DNA of 62,122 bases, filler included, from Welwitschia mirabilis (lineage: Eukaryota), in NCBI GenBank assembly GCA_051453625.1. It is 6 parts of one record of this genome, joined end to end, with 100 filler letters (N's around TTAATTAATTAA, not from the genome) between each part and the next. Parts side by side here need not be neighbours in the genome. Positions count along the whole stretch, not along the records: positions 15,421 to 27,430 come from JBOZIK010000001.1; positions 27,531 to 42,923 come from JBOZIK010000001.1; 4 more parts are not named here. One strand, 5' to 3'. Each line of letters starts with the position of its first letter. The first letter of the stretch is position 1. This document shows positions 24,697 to 36,784 of the stretch, piece after piece. Under the pieces are notes generated by a model. The model was not told the DNA's origin, ran no database searches, and saw only the letters and a program-made list of their open reading frames with translations. A program made the translations under genes and the position numbers.

Positions 24697-24864
24697 TCAT
24701 GATGTCCTATCACAAGCGCATCGGGGTAAATATTCCTAAGAGGTGCCTTTGGTAGTAAGATATAATAGTTGTGGGAACTCCATTGGAGTATAAATTGGTT
24801 ATGATATATCTTTTAATTATAGATCCTTATGCTCTTGGTAGTGGTTGCACTTCCCTCATCATGA
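24697..24864 (+). ncRNA. Candidate structured RNA module 2 (multi-stem) in a retrotransposon 3' UTR, copy A
   Basis: It is closed by TCATGATG/CATCATGA and has internal complementary segments. A homologue lies at 51836-51992. Confidence 0.55.
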
Positions 24865-25611
24865 CAGATGGTTTCTTTCAAAAATTCCATTAGCTTGACT
24901 TCCTATGAATCTAAAGCTATAGCTTCAAGAGTATTCAAAACATGTTAATTATGATAGTAATTTGTTAAGGTATCACTTACTATGATAGTGGATGATTGAA
25001 TAGATTTATAGTCCTAACATCATATTGATACTTCGCAGAATGACTATAGACATTCTCATAATCATTGTCCTAATTACATGATACTTTGTGTTGTTTAGTG
25101 TTTAAGCATCATTAATGACATCAGATAGATTTATGATTCATAACAATAGAAATTTCTAGGTTGGCATTTAGAGACATTAAAATCGATCTTCTCTATATCC
25201 CTGTTTATCCATTCTCACCTATTCTTTTCTTAGCTTTCATAATTAATTACTTCAAAGTTGTGTTTCACATTTACTCTTAATTTATTTAAGGCTAATTCTA
25301 CTTTTTAGTTAATTTATCATTTTCTAATACTCAAGCCCTTTTATTTTTCATTTTATCATTTCCTATTCACTACAAAGTTATTTTAATTTACCTTCATTTC
25401 AGTTTAATTAAATGCACCCTTTTGCTTTCACTCAGTATCCTATTCATAATCTTTCACAATAATCTATGATGCATTTACCATTTCTATTGTACACACATCT
25501 GAGACTTATTCACACTGTATTTATGCCATTTATTTGAGTTACTCTTTATTATCTCAATCTTCACAATCATAGTAAGGTTAACTAATGCATGTGAAAACCC
25601 CCAAGGTGTAT

Positions 25612-27694
25612 TGTCACAACCCGTACTTGGGTTGAACTTAAGAAGCACATAAAAAAGGGTAAATTTTTTTTCCTAAATTAAACTTAAACAAAGTTAACTT
25701 ACAAGACACGATTAAATATTGCAGCAGATCAATTAGATTTAAACTGAGATAATCACATTTCAATTACCCACAGGATACACCTCAGGAGAACTATATGAGG
25801 ATAGCTCACCTGATTATNNNNNNNNNNNNNNNNNNNNNNNNNNNNNNNNNNNNNNNNNNNNNNNNNNNNNNNNNNNNNNNNNNNNNNNNNNNNNNNNNNN
25901 NNNNNNNNNNNNNNNNNAGTAATTAAAAGGGCCTCTGCCAAAGCAAATAAAGCTTCTATCTCCTGAAGCAAAGCCTCTACCAAAATAGAAGCCTCTGATG
26001 AAAAGCCTCTAAAGAAAAGCCCCATAAACTAATGCCTCCACTACCAAAGACAGGAAGAAAAGCATCTGGTTTTCAAAGATGAGGCTTAATTTAATGTATC
26101 TGCCATTTGGATTAATAAAGGCCAATAACTAGGAGATAGATTAAANNNNNNNNNNNNNNNNNNNNNNNNNNNNNNNNNNNNNNNNNNNNNNNNNNNNNNN
26201 NNNNNNNNNNNNNNNNNNNNNNNNNNNNNNNNNNNNNNNNNNNNNCCTCTGCCAAAATAGAAGCCTCTGATGAAAAGCCTCTGAAGAAAAGCCCCATAAA
26301 CTAATGCCTCCACTACCAAAGATGGGAAGAAAAGCATCTTGTTTTCAAAGATGAGGCTTAATTTAATGCATCTGCCATTTGGCCTAATAAAGGTCAATAA
26401 CTGGGAGATATATCAAGGCATTTGTTCCTTGAAAAGATGCCTTGACCTTTCTTGACCGTCCATTACTAACAGAGCAATGAATGGCTGACAGCTTGGTGAT
26501 AGAGTGGGTGAGGGCTGTGGCGAGGCTGGCAGAAGGCCATGGCGAAGATTGTATGGTGAAGATTTGCGGGAGAACCGCTGGTAAGGCGAATAGCTAGATG
26601 CATATCGTGTTGTGAATGCTGAAGGGTGCAGCCAGTTCCGTGGACGGTAGGTGGTGCTATCTGTAAGAGCGACGGAAGGCGTGGCTGTTTGCAGAAGCAT
26701 GGGAGGTGGCCTGCATATTTGTGTGTAATTTCAAAACACACTGGCACCAGGCAAAATGCAGAAGAGGAGCCAAAGCAGAGGAGAAAGACTACAGGAAAAC
26801 TGATTTAAGAACAAAGGTTTAAGAACCAACCCTGAAGCAGACAGGAACACGCGTAGACGCTGACGAAAAGAGGCTTTCTACAAGCATGACTGTGAAAGGC
26901 TAGACGCAGAAGGAGCAGAGCACTCAGTTCATGCTTTCTTCACACTTAATCGCATTGCAACTCATAGAAATCATGCCTCTAGCCATCTTCTAAGCACCAA
27001 AGCCTCTCCTGTGTGCTCTACCTGATAGGCCTCCCTTGCCTGCGTCCTCCCCGCTACCCCAAAACTTTGCATCCCCCTTTTCTCTTATGCCCATATTCAC
27101 TTTGATGCGGTTCTCACCTTGACCACCCTGCAATGCACAAAGTCCATACGGTCCTTTTTTTTTTCCCCCTGATCACATGCCCCTCCTTTTAACACTATCT
27201 TCCTGACCACTTATCTGAGCAAAATTTAATTTTAACTAGTCTTGAAATGATGATTTATTAACTCTTTCTGCTCCCTTCTCTCTACCATTAAAATCCTACT
27301 TACTTCTCCTTACATAATAATAATAATATATATATTATTTCTTTATTAATATTTATATATATAAATTGGTATATTCATTATTTGTTTTTTATATATATAT
27401 ATGTAAACTTACTATATATGCACTTATTTTNNNNNNNNNNNNNNNNNNNNNNNNNNNNNNNNNNNNNNNNNNNNTTAATTAATTAANNNNNNNNNNNNNN
27501 NNNNNNNNNNNNNNNNNNNNNNNNNNNNNNCATTATTATTTATAAATTCACTTCACTACTATTTTTCTTTTACATCCATAATTTTTTTGTCCCTTTTTAT
27601 TTAGTAATGTTTCTTGAAATATATAGACAAAATGAAATAAAAGTAATTTTAACATTAGAGATCTAATCATTGTAGTAAAATATGGAGTGTTACA
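25612..27694 (-). mobile_element. Solo LTR with Tekay-style termini, inserted in the 3' UTR of the Ogre-like element
   Basis: Termini are TGTCACAACCC...GGAGTGTTACA. The 5-bp TSD TGTAT is at 25607-25611 and 27695-27699. There is no PBS or retrotransposon coding domain inside. Orientation is inferred from the TGTAACA start. Confidence 0.82.
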
Positions 27695-27753
27695 TGTATA
27701 CCCACCTCAATTTTGTATTTTTTGATATAAGGTTCATTTACTCATCTCATGTT

Positions 27754-27768
27754 AAAAAGAGGGCAAAC
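27754..27768 (+). promoter_or_regulatory. Polypurine tract of the Ogre-like element; the 3' LTR starts at 27769
   Basis: AAAAAGAGGGCAAAC followed by TGTA matches the Ogre junction AAAGAGGGGCAAAC-TGTA. Confidence 0.75.
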
Positions 27769-29388
27769 TGTATATAGATATTTTTTTAATAGATGTCTCC
27801 TAACATTTTTTTTTTGACTTGAAAGAGATGGAAATATTCATTCATTAAATGAAATCCTTAGCTACATAAAACAATCTCTTGTATAGTTGCTAGAGTAGAA
27901 CTTGAGTAGACAAAGTTGTAGATCTAAGTAGAACTTTAGTAACAGTGCACATGAGAGCTATACTTGGTACTATTCTAGCTAACATGTCCTCCTTTAATGC
28001 TTCCCTAGCTAAGACCACAACCACATTAGTTGAGTTTGAATTCAAACCCATTAAAGTACATGAAAGTCTTAAAGCATGCTTTGATAAAAGAGTAAATAGG
28101 TTAACATCAATGAAACCTATTACATAAAAAGCTAATATTTGAAAAGCATGCATCTATATCCCCATATAACATGGGAGTTTTATTTATTTTTGAATATTCA
28201 TTCTAGGGTATAACCAGGCATAACATAACAAGGCATAACTTAGCAACCACTTTATGTATCCCAAGATATGGAGAATGTGAAAAATTCACAAGCAGTTACT
28301 GCTTGTAACAGTGAATACTTCACAACATCAATCTTGCCTTGTTAAAGAGCAAGGATTGCTATAGTCATCTCTATTATAGTCTTACCTATGGCATTTTAAT
28401 TGTCCTCCCAATGTACCTTTGGGAAGAACCTCATTCAGATCTGAAGCTAAAAATGTGGAACACCTAACTGTGCTATCCCGTAAACAAAAATACTTAAAAG
28501 AGATGATGGATCCATTTGCTTTGAGATAAATTATTTGGACAAAAATCTTTGTGCATCTTCTGTCTTAGTTGCAAGAAATATCCTGCATCATTTTGATTAA
28601 AGAATGCAGACTCTTCAGACCTTAACAAAAGAAGGGATGGTCCATTGTGGATTAAATTTGCTACAATTTACGCTACGACTTGAAATTGATGGTAAATTAT
28701 AAAGCCATCATTGACCATACCATCAACCTGACATCTATAATGACATCATTGATGATTTAGATATGAAAGTGGAATGATGTAATAATCAAAATTGGATTCA
28801 AAGATTCCTGACTTCTCAAGATGGCCATGAAAAGACAACAACTATGGGAGGAGCTTTTTCACTTCTTTCTGAGCTTTTTACTTTCAGACTTTGCTTTAGT
28901 CATTGGCATCGCATAAACTTTTTCTTTGCATAGCTTTTTCTTCTAGTCTTGCATCTTCTTAAATAGTGTAATCCTTTCTTTATTGTTTTTTTTAGGTAAG
29001 CTTTGTAATTTCATATTTCTAATGGCTATGACATTTCTGTTTAAAATCAAGAGATGAAAGAAGCCATTCAACGATCAGATTCAGAAAGTAGAGCATTGGT
29101 GGTAAAACTTGACTGTGCATAACATAATGTCAAAAATTGTTACATCCCTTATTCATCATAAAAGATAGAGCTAGTAGCATCCTAACTGTCTTTGCTATTC
29201 CACAGAACCCTCAGAAATAGGAATGGAAAAAAAAAAAATCTTGTGTTTACTTCATGTAACACTCACATGAAGAGAAACTCTCATTGGTGATAGGCAAAGT
29301 AGTTTTAATAATTAAACATAGAAGAATACTATTGGAATTTTCTTTGGGTAATGCCAATAATTTAATGTTGGTATGAAAATAAAAAAGA

Positions 29389-29546
29389 TTTATTAAGTTA
29401 GTAGAGTTAGTGGGTCAGTTACTGAAAAGAAAGAAAATAATTATTGAGTTAGTAAAGTTAGTAGGTCAGTTACTAATAAGAAGGAAAATGGTTATTAAGT
29501 TAGCAGAGTTAGTGGGTCTATTACAAAAAGAAGAAGAATTGTTATT
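29389..29546 (+). repeat. About three copies of a roughly 52-bp tandem repeat in the copia LTR (also at about 34222-34380)
   Basis: TTATTAAGTTAGTAGAGTTAGTGGGTCAGTTACTGAAAAGAA-like units recur upstream of the TATATAAG box. Confidence 0.85.
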
Positions 29547-29756
29547 TCATTTGTATGCCTATATAAGGCTCTCTAGTTGCATCAAATAAAATATGACTTC
29601 CTTTGTGTGACTTCCTTCATAGAACTCCCTTTGGAGTATCAAATTTCTATTTAGTTTTTGATCTCTTATTTTTGACATTTTGTATCAGAGCTATGGTTCT
29701 CTTTAGTAGCAATCTTTATTTGCAATAGCAAATGGAAGCTATTTTTGCAGTAACAA

Positions 29757-32700
29757 ATGGCTTCAGAGGACTCTTTTGTACAACTGGCCATTCCGCATTT
29801 CAATGGCCACTACGACCATTGGAGCATGTTNNNNNNNNNNNNNNNNNNNNNNNNNNNNNNNNNNNNNNNNNNNNNNNNNNNNNNNNNNNNNNNNNNNNNN
29901 NNNNNNNNNNNNNNNNNNNNNNNNNNNNNNTAACAAATGGCTTCAGAGGAATCTTTTGTACAACTGGCCATTCCGCATTTCAATGGCCACTACGACCATT
30001 GGAGCATGTTGATGAAGAATTTTCTACGATCGAAGGAATATTGGTCCATTATTGAATATGGAATTGGAGAACTAAAAGACAGCTCAGTTCTATTCGATAC
30101 CCAGAAAACAGCCCTTGAAGCCAGAAAGCTAATGGATCTAAAGGCCAAAAATTACTTATTTCAAGCCATTGNNNNNNNNNNNNNNNNNNNNNNNNNNNNN
30201 NNNNNNNNNNNNNNNNNNNNNNNNNNNNNNNNNNNNNNNNNNNNNNNNNNNNNNNNNNNNNNNNNNNNNNNNNNNNNNNNNNNNNNNNNNNNNNNNNNNN
30301 NNNNNNNNNNNNNNNNNNNNNNNNNNNNNNNNNNNNNNNNNNNNNNNNNNNNNNNNNNNNNNNNNNNNNNNNNNNNNNNNNNNNNNNNNNNNNNNNNNNN
30401 NNNNNNNNNNNNNNNNNNNNNNNNNNNNNNNNNNNNNNNNNNNNNNNNNNNNNNNNNNNNNNNNNNNNNNNNNNNNNNNNNNNNNNNNNNNNNNNNNNNN
30501 NNNNNNNNNNNNNNNNNNNNNNNNNNNNNNNNCAAGATTTAAAGGCTTATACTAATACACATTCCACAAATTCTAGAGGAAGGAGTAGAGGTAGAGGTAG
30601 AGGCAGAGGCAGAGGTTGAGGTCGAGGATGATAGCAGAGACGACACCAGAAATTCCAGAGACAATCAAGACAAAGGCAAAGAATAAGGTTTTGACAAATC
30701 TAAGGTAGAGTGCTTTAGATGTTATAAATTTAGCCATCATAAATCTAAGTGTTGGATTAAACTACCTAATGACAAGGAAGAAAGTTCAAATTTCATCAAA
30801 AAGAATGAAACAGAGACATTATTAATGGCTATACATGATGGGAAGGAGCTAGAATCAAGTATCTGGTATATTGACATAGGCTGTAGCAACCACATGAGTG
30901 GTAGTAAGTCTTCTTTTTCTTTTTGGATGAAGATTTCACTTCTATTGTGAGTTTTGATGATAGCTCTACTGTGAAAGTGATGGAAAAATGTGACATTAAA
31001 ATAAATACCAAGAATGACTTTATGAAAAAAAAGTTCAATGTGCTTTATGTTCCTAATTTAAAAAGTAATCTGCTAAGTGCTAGTCAGTTATAGGAAAAGT
31101 GTTATGTTATCACTATTAAGAAGGATACTTGTGAAATTTATGATCCTATTAGAGGTGCAAGTGTAGTTGTTTTGATGAATTCCAATAGATTATTTTCTTT
31201 AAAGATTAAAAGCATTTACTCTTTCTTGGTGGCTAAAGTGAAAGACCTCTCATGGTTGTGGCACCATTGCTATGTTTACTTGAGTTTCAATGGATTAAAG
31301 ACCCTTCATTAAAAGAACATGATAAATGGACTTCCTTAGGTTACTGCTCCTCCACAAGTCTATGAAGAGTGTATTGTTGGAAAAAAACCTTGCTCTCAAT
31401 TTCCAAAGGAAAGATTATGATGAGCAAAAAATGTTTTGGAGCTGGTGCATTCAATATTTATGGTCCAATACACACATCTTCTAATGGACGTAAATGATAC
31501 TTCATTATATTTATCGATGATTTTTCTAGGAAAACATGGGTTTACTTTCTACAGGAAAAATTAGAAGCTTTATCTACATTTAAAAGCTTTAAAGTTCATG
31601 CAGAAAATGAGATACGAAGGAATATTAAGACCTTCCAAACAGATCGTGGTGGTGAGTATTGCTCCAATGAATTTGAATCTTTTTCTGCAGAACATAACAT
31701 CCAAAAAGAGCTTACAATAGCATATACACCACAACAAAATGGTGTATCAGAGAGGAAAAAAATAGGACTATTCTAAACATGGTGAGAAGCTTGTTGGTGA
31801 AAGGAAAGGTTCCAAAAACATTCTAGCTAGAAGTGGTAAATTAGATCATTTATGTTTTGAATAGAAGTCCTACTTTTTCTATTTAAAATATGACACCAGA
31901 AGAAGCATGGAGCGACAAAAAACTAGTAGTGGATCACTTCAAAATTTTTGGTTGCATCACTTATAAAAAATCTCAATGACAAGGCTAAAAAATGTATCTT
32001 CCTTGGGGTAAGTAATGTATCCAAAGCATATAAGTTATTTAACCCACTAACAGAGAAGATTGTGACTAGCAGGAATGTCACTTTTGAGAGGAAAGCACTT
32101 GGGATTGGAACAAGTAGTAGCCTATACTTTTTATTTTGATAATTTAGATGAGTAGGAGAAAAATTCAGTGACTTGTGTGCCTCAAAATGCAGCTCCAACA
32201 ACCACTAAAACCTCTGCAAAGAGTGCTGGAGCCAATAAAGAAGAAGCTAATTCTCATTGACAAGTTAGAAAAAGACTAGCTTGGATGGGAGATTATGAGA
32301 TAACTAGAATTGATGATCCAATTAGTCATTTTACTTTATTTTCAGATTGTGATCCTATTACTTTTGAGAGTTCTGTTAAAGAAGAGAAATGGAGAAATGC
32401 GATGGCTAACAAAATTGTAGTGATTAAGAGAAATAATAATTTGGGAGCTTGCTGATATTCTAATGGGATATAAAATCATTGGAGTGAAATGGATCTTCAA
32501 AACAAAGCTGAAAGGGAATGGCAATGTCAACAAATACAAAGCACATCTCATTGCTAAGGAGTACAAACAAGAACATGACATCGACTACACATAAGTGTTT
32601 TCTCCAGTTACGAATCATAACATAATCAGGGTGGTGGTTGCATTAGCTACATAAAACTCTTAATCTATTTTCCACCTCGATGTCCAATCAGCATTCTTGC

Positions 32701-34040
32701 ATGGTTACTTGGAGGAATAGGTATTTATCGAATAACCCCCTAGTTATATCAAAACTGGAAGTGAGAATAAAGTATACAAACTAAAGAAGGCTCTTTATGA
32801 TCTAAAATAAGCCCCATGAGCTTGGTATAGTTACACTGAGGCTTTTTTTTTTTAAAGCTAGATTTCTGAAATATCCTTATGAGCNNNNNNNNNNNNNNNN
32901 NNNNNNNNNNNNNNNNNNNNNNNNNNNNNNNNNNNNNNNNNNNNNNNNNNNNNNNNNNNNNNNNNNNNNNNNNNNNNNNNNNNNTGGTATAGTTACACTG
33001 AGGCTTTTTTTTTTAAAGCTAGATTTCTGAAATATCCTTATGAGCATACTTTATTTGTCAAAATTGAAGATGATGGCAAAATGCTTGTTGTTTGCTTGTA
33101 TGTCTATGACATGCTATTTATTGAAAATTGTGATGCCATATTTCAAGAATTAAAGAAGTCCATGATGAATGAGTTTGAAATGTTTGATCTTGGTATGATA
33201 CATTACTTTCTTGGTATAGAAGTAATGTAATCAAGTGATGGGATTTTTATTTTTCAAAAAAAGTATGCTAGAGAAATTTCAAACAGGTTTCAGATGAAGG
33301 ATTATAATCCTACAAACACTCCAAATGAGTTAGGTTTGAAATTGTGCAAAGACCTTAAAGGAAAAAAGATTGAAAGCACTCTTTACAAACAAATTGTGGG
33401 CAGTTTGATGTATCTAACTATAATGAGACTAGATATAATGTACTCGATAAGACTCATTAGTAGATACATGGAGAATCCTATAAAAATGCATTTGTTAGCA
33501 GTCAAGAGAATCCTTCATTACTTGTAAGGAACCAAAGATTTTGGTATATTTTACAAGAAGGGTGATAAGCTTAATTTGCTTGGATTTACTGATAATGGTT
33601 ATGCAAGAGATCAAGATTATAGGAGAATTACCTCTAGTTATACTTCTATGTTTAGAACAAGTGTTATTTCATGGTTATCTAAGAAGTAACCAATCATCAC
33701 GCTGTTGAGTACTGAAGCTAAATTTATTGCTGCCACAGTTTGTTCTTATCAACTATTTAGCTAAGGAGAATCCTTTAAGAGTTACAAGTTAAACAACTAG
33801 GAGCTACAACAAGTTTTTGTGATAACAGTTCAACAATTAAGCTTTCCAAAAATCCAGTGCTACATGGCAGAAGTAAGCATATCGATGTGAAGTTCTATTT
33901 CTTGTGGGAACTTAGCAATGATGGAATAATTGATCTAAAGTTTTGCAAAAGTGAAGATCAGATTGCTGACATAATAACTAAACCATTAAAGTTGCCTATG
34001 TTTTAGAAGCTAAGGAAGTTGCTTGGAGTCTATGCACTTA
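29757..34040 (+). pseudogene. Copia gag-pol pseudogene
   Basis: Gag reads IPHFNGHYDHWSMLMKNFLRSKEYW. The protease motif WYIDIGCSNHMSG is at about 30865. Integrase reads FIDDFSRKTW, TDRGGEY and YTPQQNGVSERK. RT reads IGVKWIFKTK, LYVYDML and YKQIVGSLMYL. RNase H reads CDNSSTIKLSKNPVLHGRSKHIDVKF. Many stops are present. Confidence 0.92.
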
Positions 34041-36784
34041 ATAATCCTTATTAAACTAAATGTTTGAAAACTTTCAGTTATTTCTAAATGATGTGTGACA
34101 TAAAATTGAATAGTACACAAATCAAGGGGGTATCATTAAAATGTTATCATTAAGGGGGTAATTGTTAGAATTTTCTTTAGGTAATGCCAATAATTTAATG
34201 TTTCTATGAAAATAGAAAAGAGTTATTCAATTAGTAGAGTTAGTGGGTCAATTACTAAAAAGAAAGAAAATAGTTATTATGTTAGTAGAGTTAGTGGGTC
34301 ACTTACTGACAAGAAGGAAAATGGTTATTAAGTTAGTGAAGTTAGTGAATCTATTATAAAAAGAAGAAGAATTGTTATTTTCTTTGTATGCCTATATAAG
34401 GCTCTCTAGTTGCATCAAATAAAATATGACTCCCTTTATGGAAATCCCTTCGGAGAATCAAATTTCTATTTAGTTTTTCTCTCTTAATTTTAACAAATAC
34501 GTCAGCAAATACAGCTCATCCATCCTTGTCAATAATAATATATGCATCAAGAATTCATAGCTATCTCTAACAAGTCATACAAAAGTTGAAGTCATGTTAT
34601 TATAAGAATAAAAAAAGACTATTTTGAGATCAAGTGAATAGATGTATCTCCAAAAATAGCTTTTGCACTATAATCCCACCTTAAATTTTTTTTTATAAGA
34701 ATAGAATGTGTTTTCTTCTGCTGTCTAGATGTTAAATCTATAAAATTCAGTTCTCCCTTTGAATATTTGAAGTACCTCACAATTCAAATATATTATTATG
34801 GAGGAGAGGAACTTGCCGTCCTAGGTGGAGTCATTAAATTTTCTCTTTCTTTGAATCATTGGGGAGCCCAAGTCAAAATCTATATATGAGAACTGGAAAG
34901 GATGACCCGTTCCTATGAAACCTTCATGTTAGTTCACATTTGTAGCTATTTCTCTATTTCTAAGGGGATTGTCCACTTTTGAAGTTGAAGTTCCAGTTAA
35001 AGTATGAAGAATACAAAGAAAAGAAGCCAATAGTGCCAGCGTAGTAGGTATAGAATTAAGTTCACAAGAAATTGTGTAAAGTATAATAGTGGAGGGGATA
35101 GCAAAAAAGGGTAATCATCAGAAAACGAAATCACAGGAAAAAATGCTAACAAAAAAGACAATCTTAAAGGAAAAACATAGGGGTCATCATAGCTAAAGTG
35201 AGTAGAAAGTAGCTAGAAATGCGTTAGAGCTAGGCATTCACAAGATAAAGGAGGTAGCAAATGNNNNNNNNNNAATGGCATCAAAGAAGTGCATCAGGTC
35301 AAACAAGAACACCAAAGATAGCAAACACGTAGTGGCATCATGAAGCACACATCAGGCAAAAGCAAGAGACAACAAAATAGAAGAATGCCAGAACAAATGC
35401 TGAAATCAAAAGGAACAATGCAATACATAAGACAAGCAAAAAAACAAATGCATGTAAAACAAATACTAGTAGACAATGGGCATCAAAGAAACAACGATGA
35501 TCAATGAATAACAAAGAAATGCACACAACATAAAGACACAATCACATAAAAGAAGCAAATAAAAAAAGGCAAGTGGCATCAAAACGCTAGTCTAGCAAGA
35601 TACATCGGCAATGACAGGAGGTGTGACAGAGAGTAGAAGTAAGGCACAACAAAGATTAAAACAAAAATACAATGAAGGCAGATACAAAAAAGAGGAGGCA
35701 CATCAGAGTGATCACAGAAATGAATACATGCACAAGAGATCATTACACCAGGGAAATACTCAGAGATGGATTTTAAAGTAGTAGAAGAAGAGATTATTGA
35801 CAGTTCTTCAAGTTCTTCTTTACATTCATTTCTAATAGCAATGTTGTGTTTCTATAAATGTTCAAAGATAAAATGTATGTTACTCACTGAGTTGTAACTA
35901 TAATCCTGTGGTCTACTTTTGGGCTTTAGAATTAGAATTTAATTTTGTTTAAAATACGTATCTGTAGTTCTCTATTTCTTCACATTATAACTTGCTAATT
36001 AATATTTTTATGCATTATCCATATCTCTTCACTTCTAATTAATAATAAATTCCATTCTGTGCTTATTTTGAAGACTCATCTAAAAATGGTTTTGTCCTTG
36101 GTTGAAAGACATAACCACAAAGCATTTTATCCTGAGTAGAATTTGACAATCACTACTTTAATAATCTAAATTCTCCACCCTTTCTTTACTTGTTATTTCA
36201 TTATCTTTTATTTTCCTCGCTAAAGCAAATTACATGTGCAGTTTCCCATCCTTTAGATAATATAGCCTTAATTTTCATTATGGACAGTATTAAAGCATCT
36301 AATATGTTATAGCGATTCTCTTTTAGTTTAATAAAAACCTTGTCCACTAGATAGTTTTTAAATACTATCACGTAGCTTAAAGATGAAAAAATTTACATTT
36401 AAATTTAGAACTTTAATCAAAATTTATGTCACTATTATTTGGATAAATTCTCAAGACATTTATGATATCACATTTAGGCTAGTTATTTAAATACATATAT
36501 TTACTTATATGAGCATTTAGTAAATTTTATCCATCTTTTTACTTCATTACTTTATTTGCAAAGTTATACACAATACAAATTATACTTAATATGTTTTGAT
36601 TATAATGTGCTTTTAATAAAGTATTTCATTGTAAATTTTTTTTTAGTTTTTGAACTCCTTTCACATTTTAAGAATAGTAGAATAACACCCATCGTATTAA
36701 ACCAAATCCAAAAATCAAAGCAAAATCATAAACATAACATTATAAAAGAAAAAAAAATATTAGCAATGAAACTAACTCACATCT

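Larger units (their letters stand above)
29330..34495 (+). mobile_element. Full-length decayed Ty1/copia element (gag resembles the Ivana/Oryco type)
   Basis: LTRs lie at 29330-29677 and 34163-34495. The TSD AATAC is at 29325-29329 and 34496-34500. The PBS TTGTATCAGAGC is at 29680-29691 and the PPT AAGGGGGTAA at 34152-34161. Domain order is gag-PR-INT-RT-RH. Confidence 0.93.
27769..36347 (+). mobile_element. Probable long 3' LTR of the Ogre-like element, split by the copia insertion
   Basis: It starts TG directly after the PPT and is non-coding, with degenerate A-rich repeats at 35150-35760. The right boundary is a guess. Confidence 0.4.

Noticed and set aside
26266-26300. CTGATGA...GAAA resembling a hammerhead ribozyme core (retrozyme)
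   Set aside because: No stem II can form between CTGATGA and GAAA. The motif is part of an AAGCCTCT short repeat array.
26413-26808. Overlapping short ORFs in the solo LTR as host genes
   Set aside because: They have no recognisable domain, and ORFs on both strands are expected in GC-richer DNA.
28497-28550. KRDDGSICFEINYLDKN resembling the RT motif KKDGS.RFC.DY
   Set aside because: No other RT motif lies in register, so the similarity is too weak to call.
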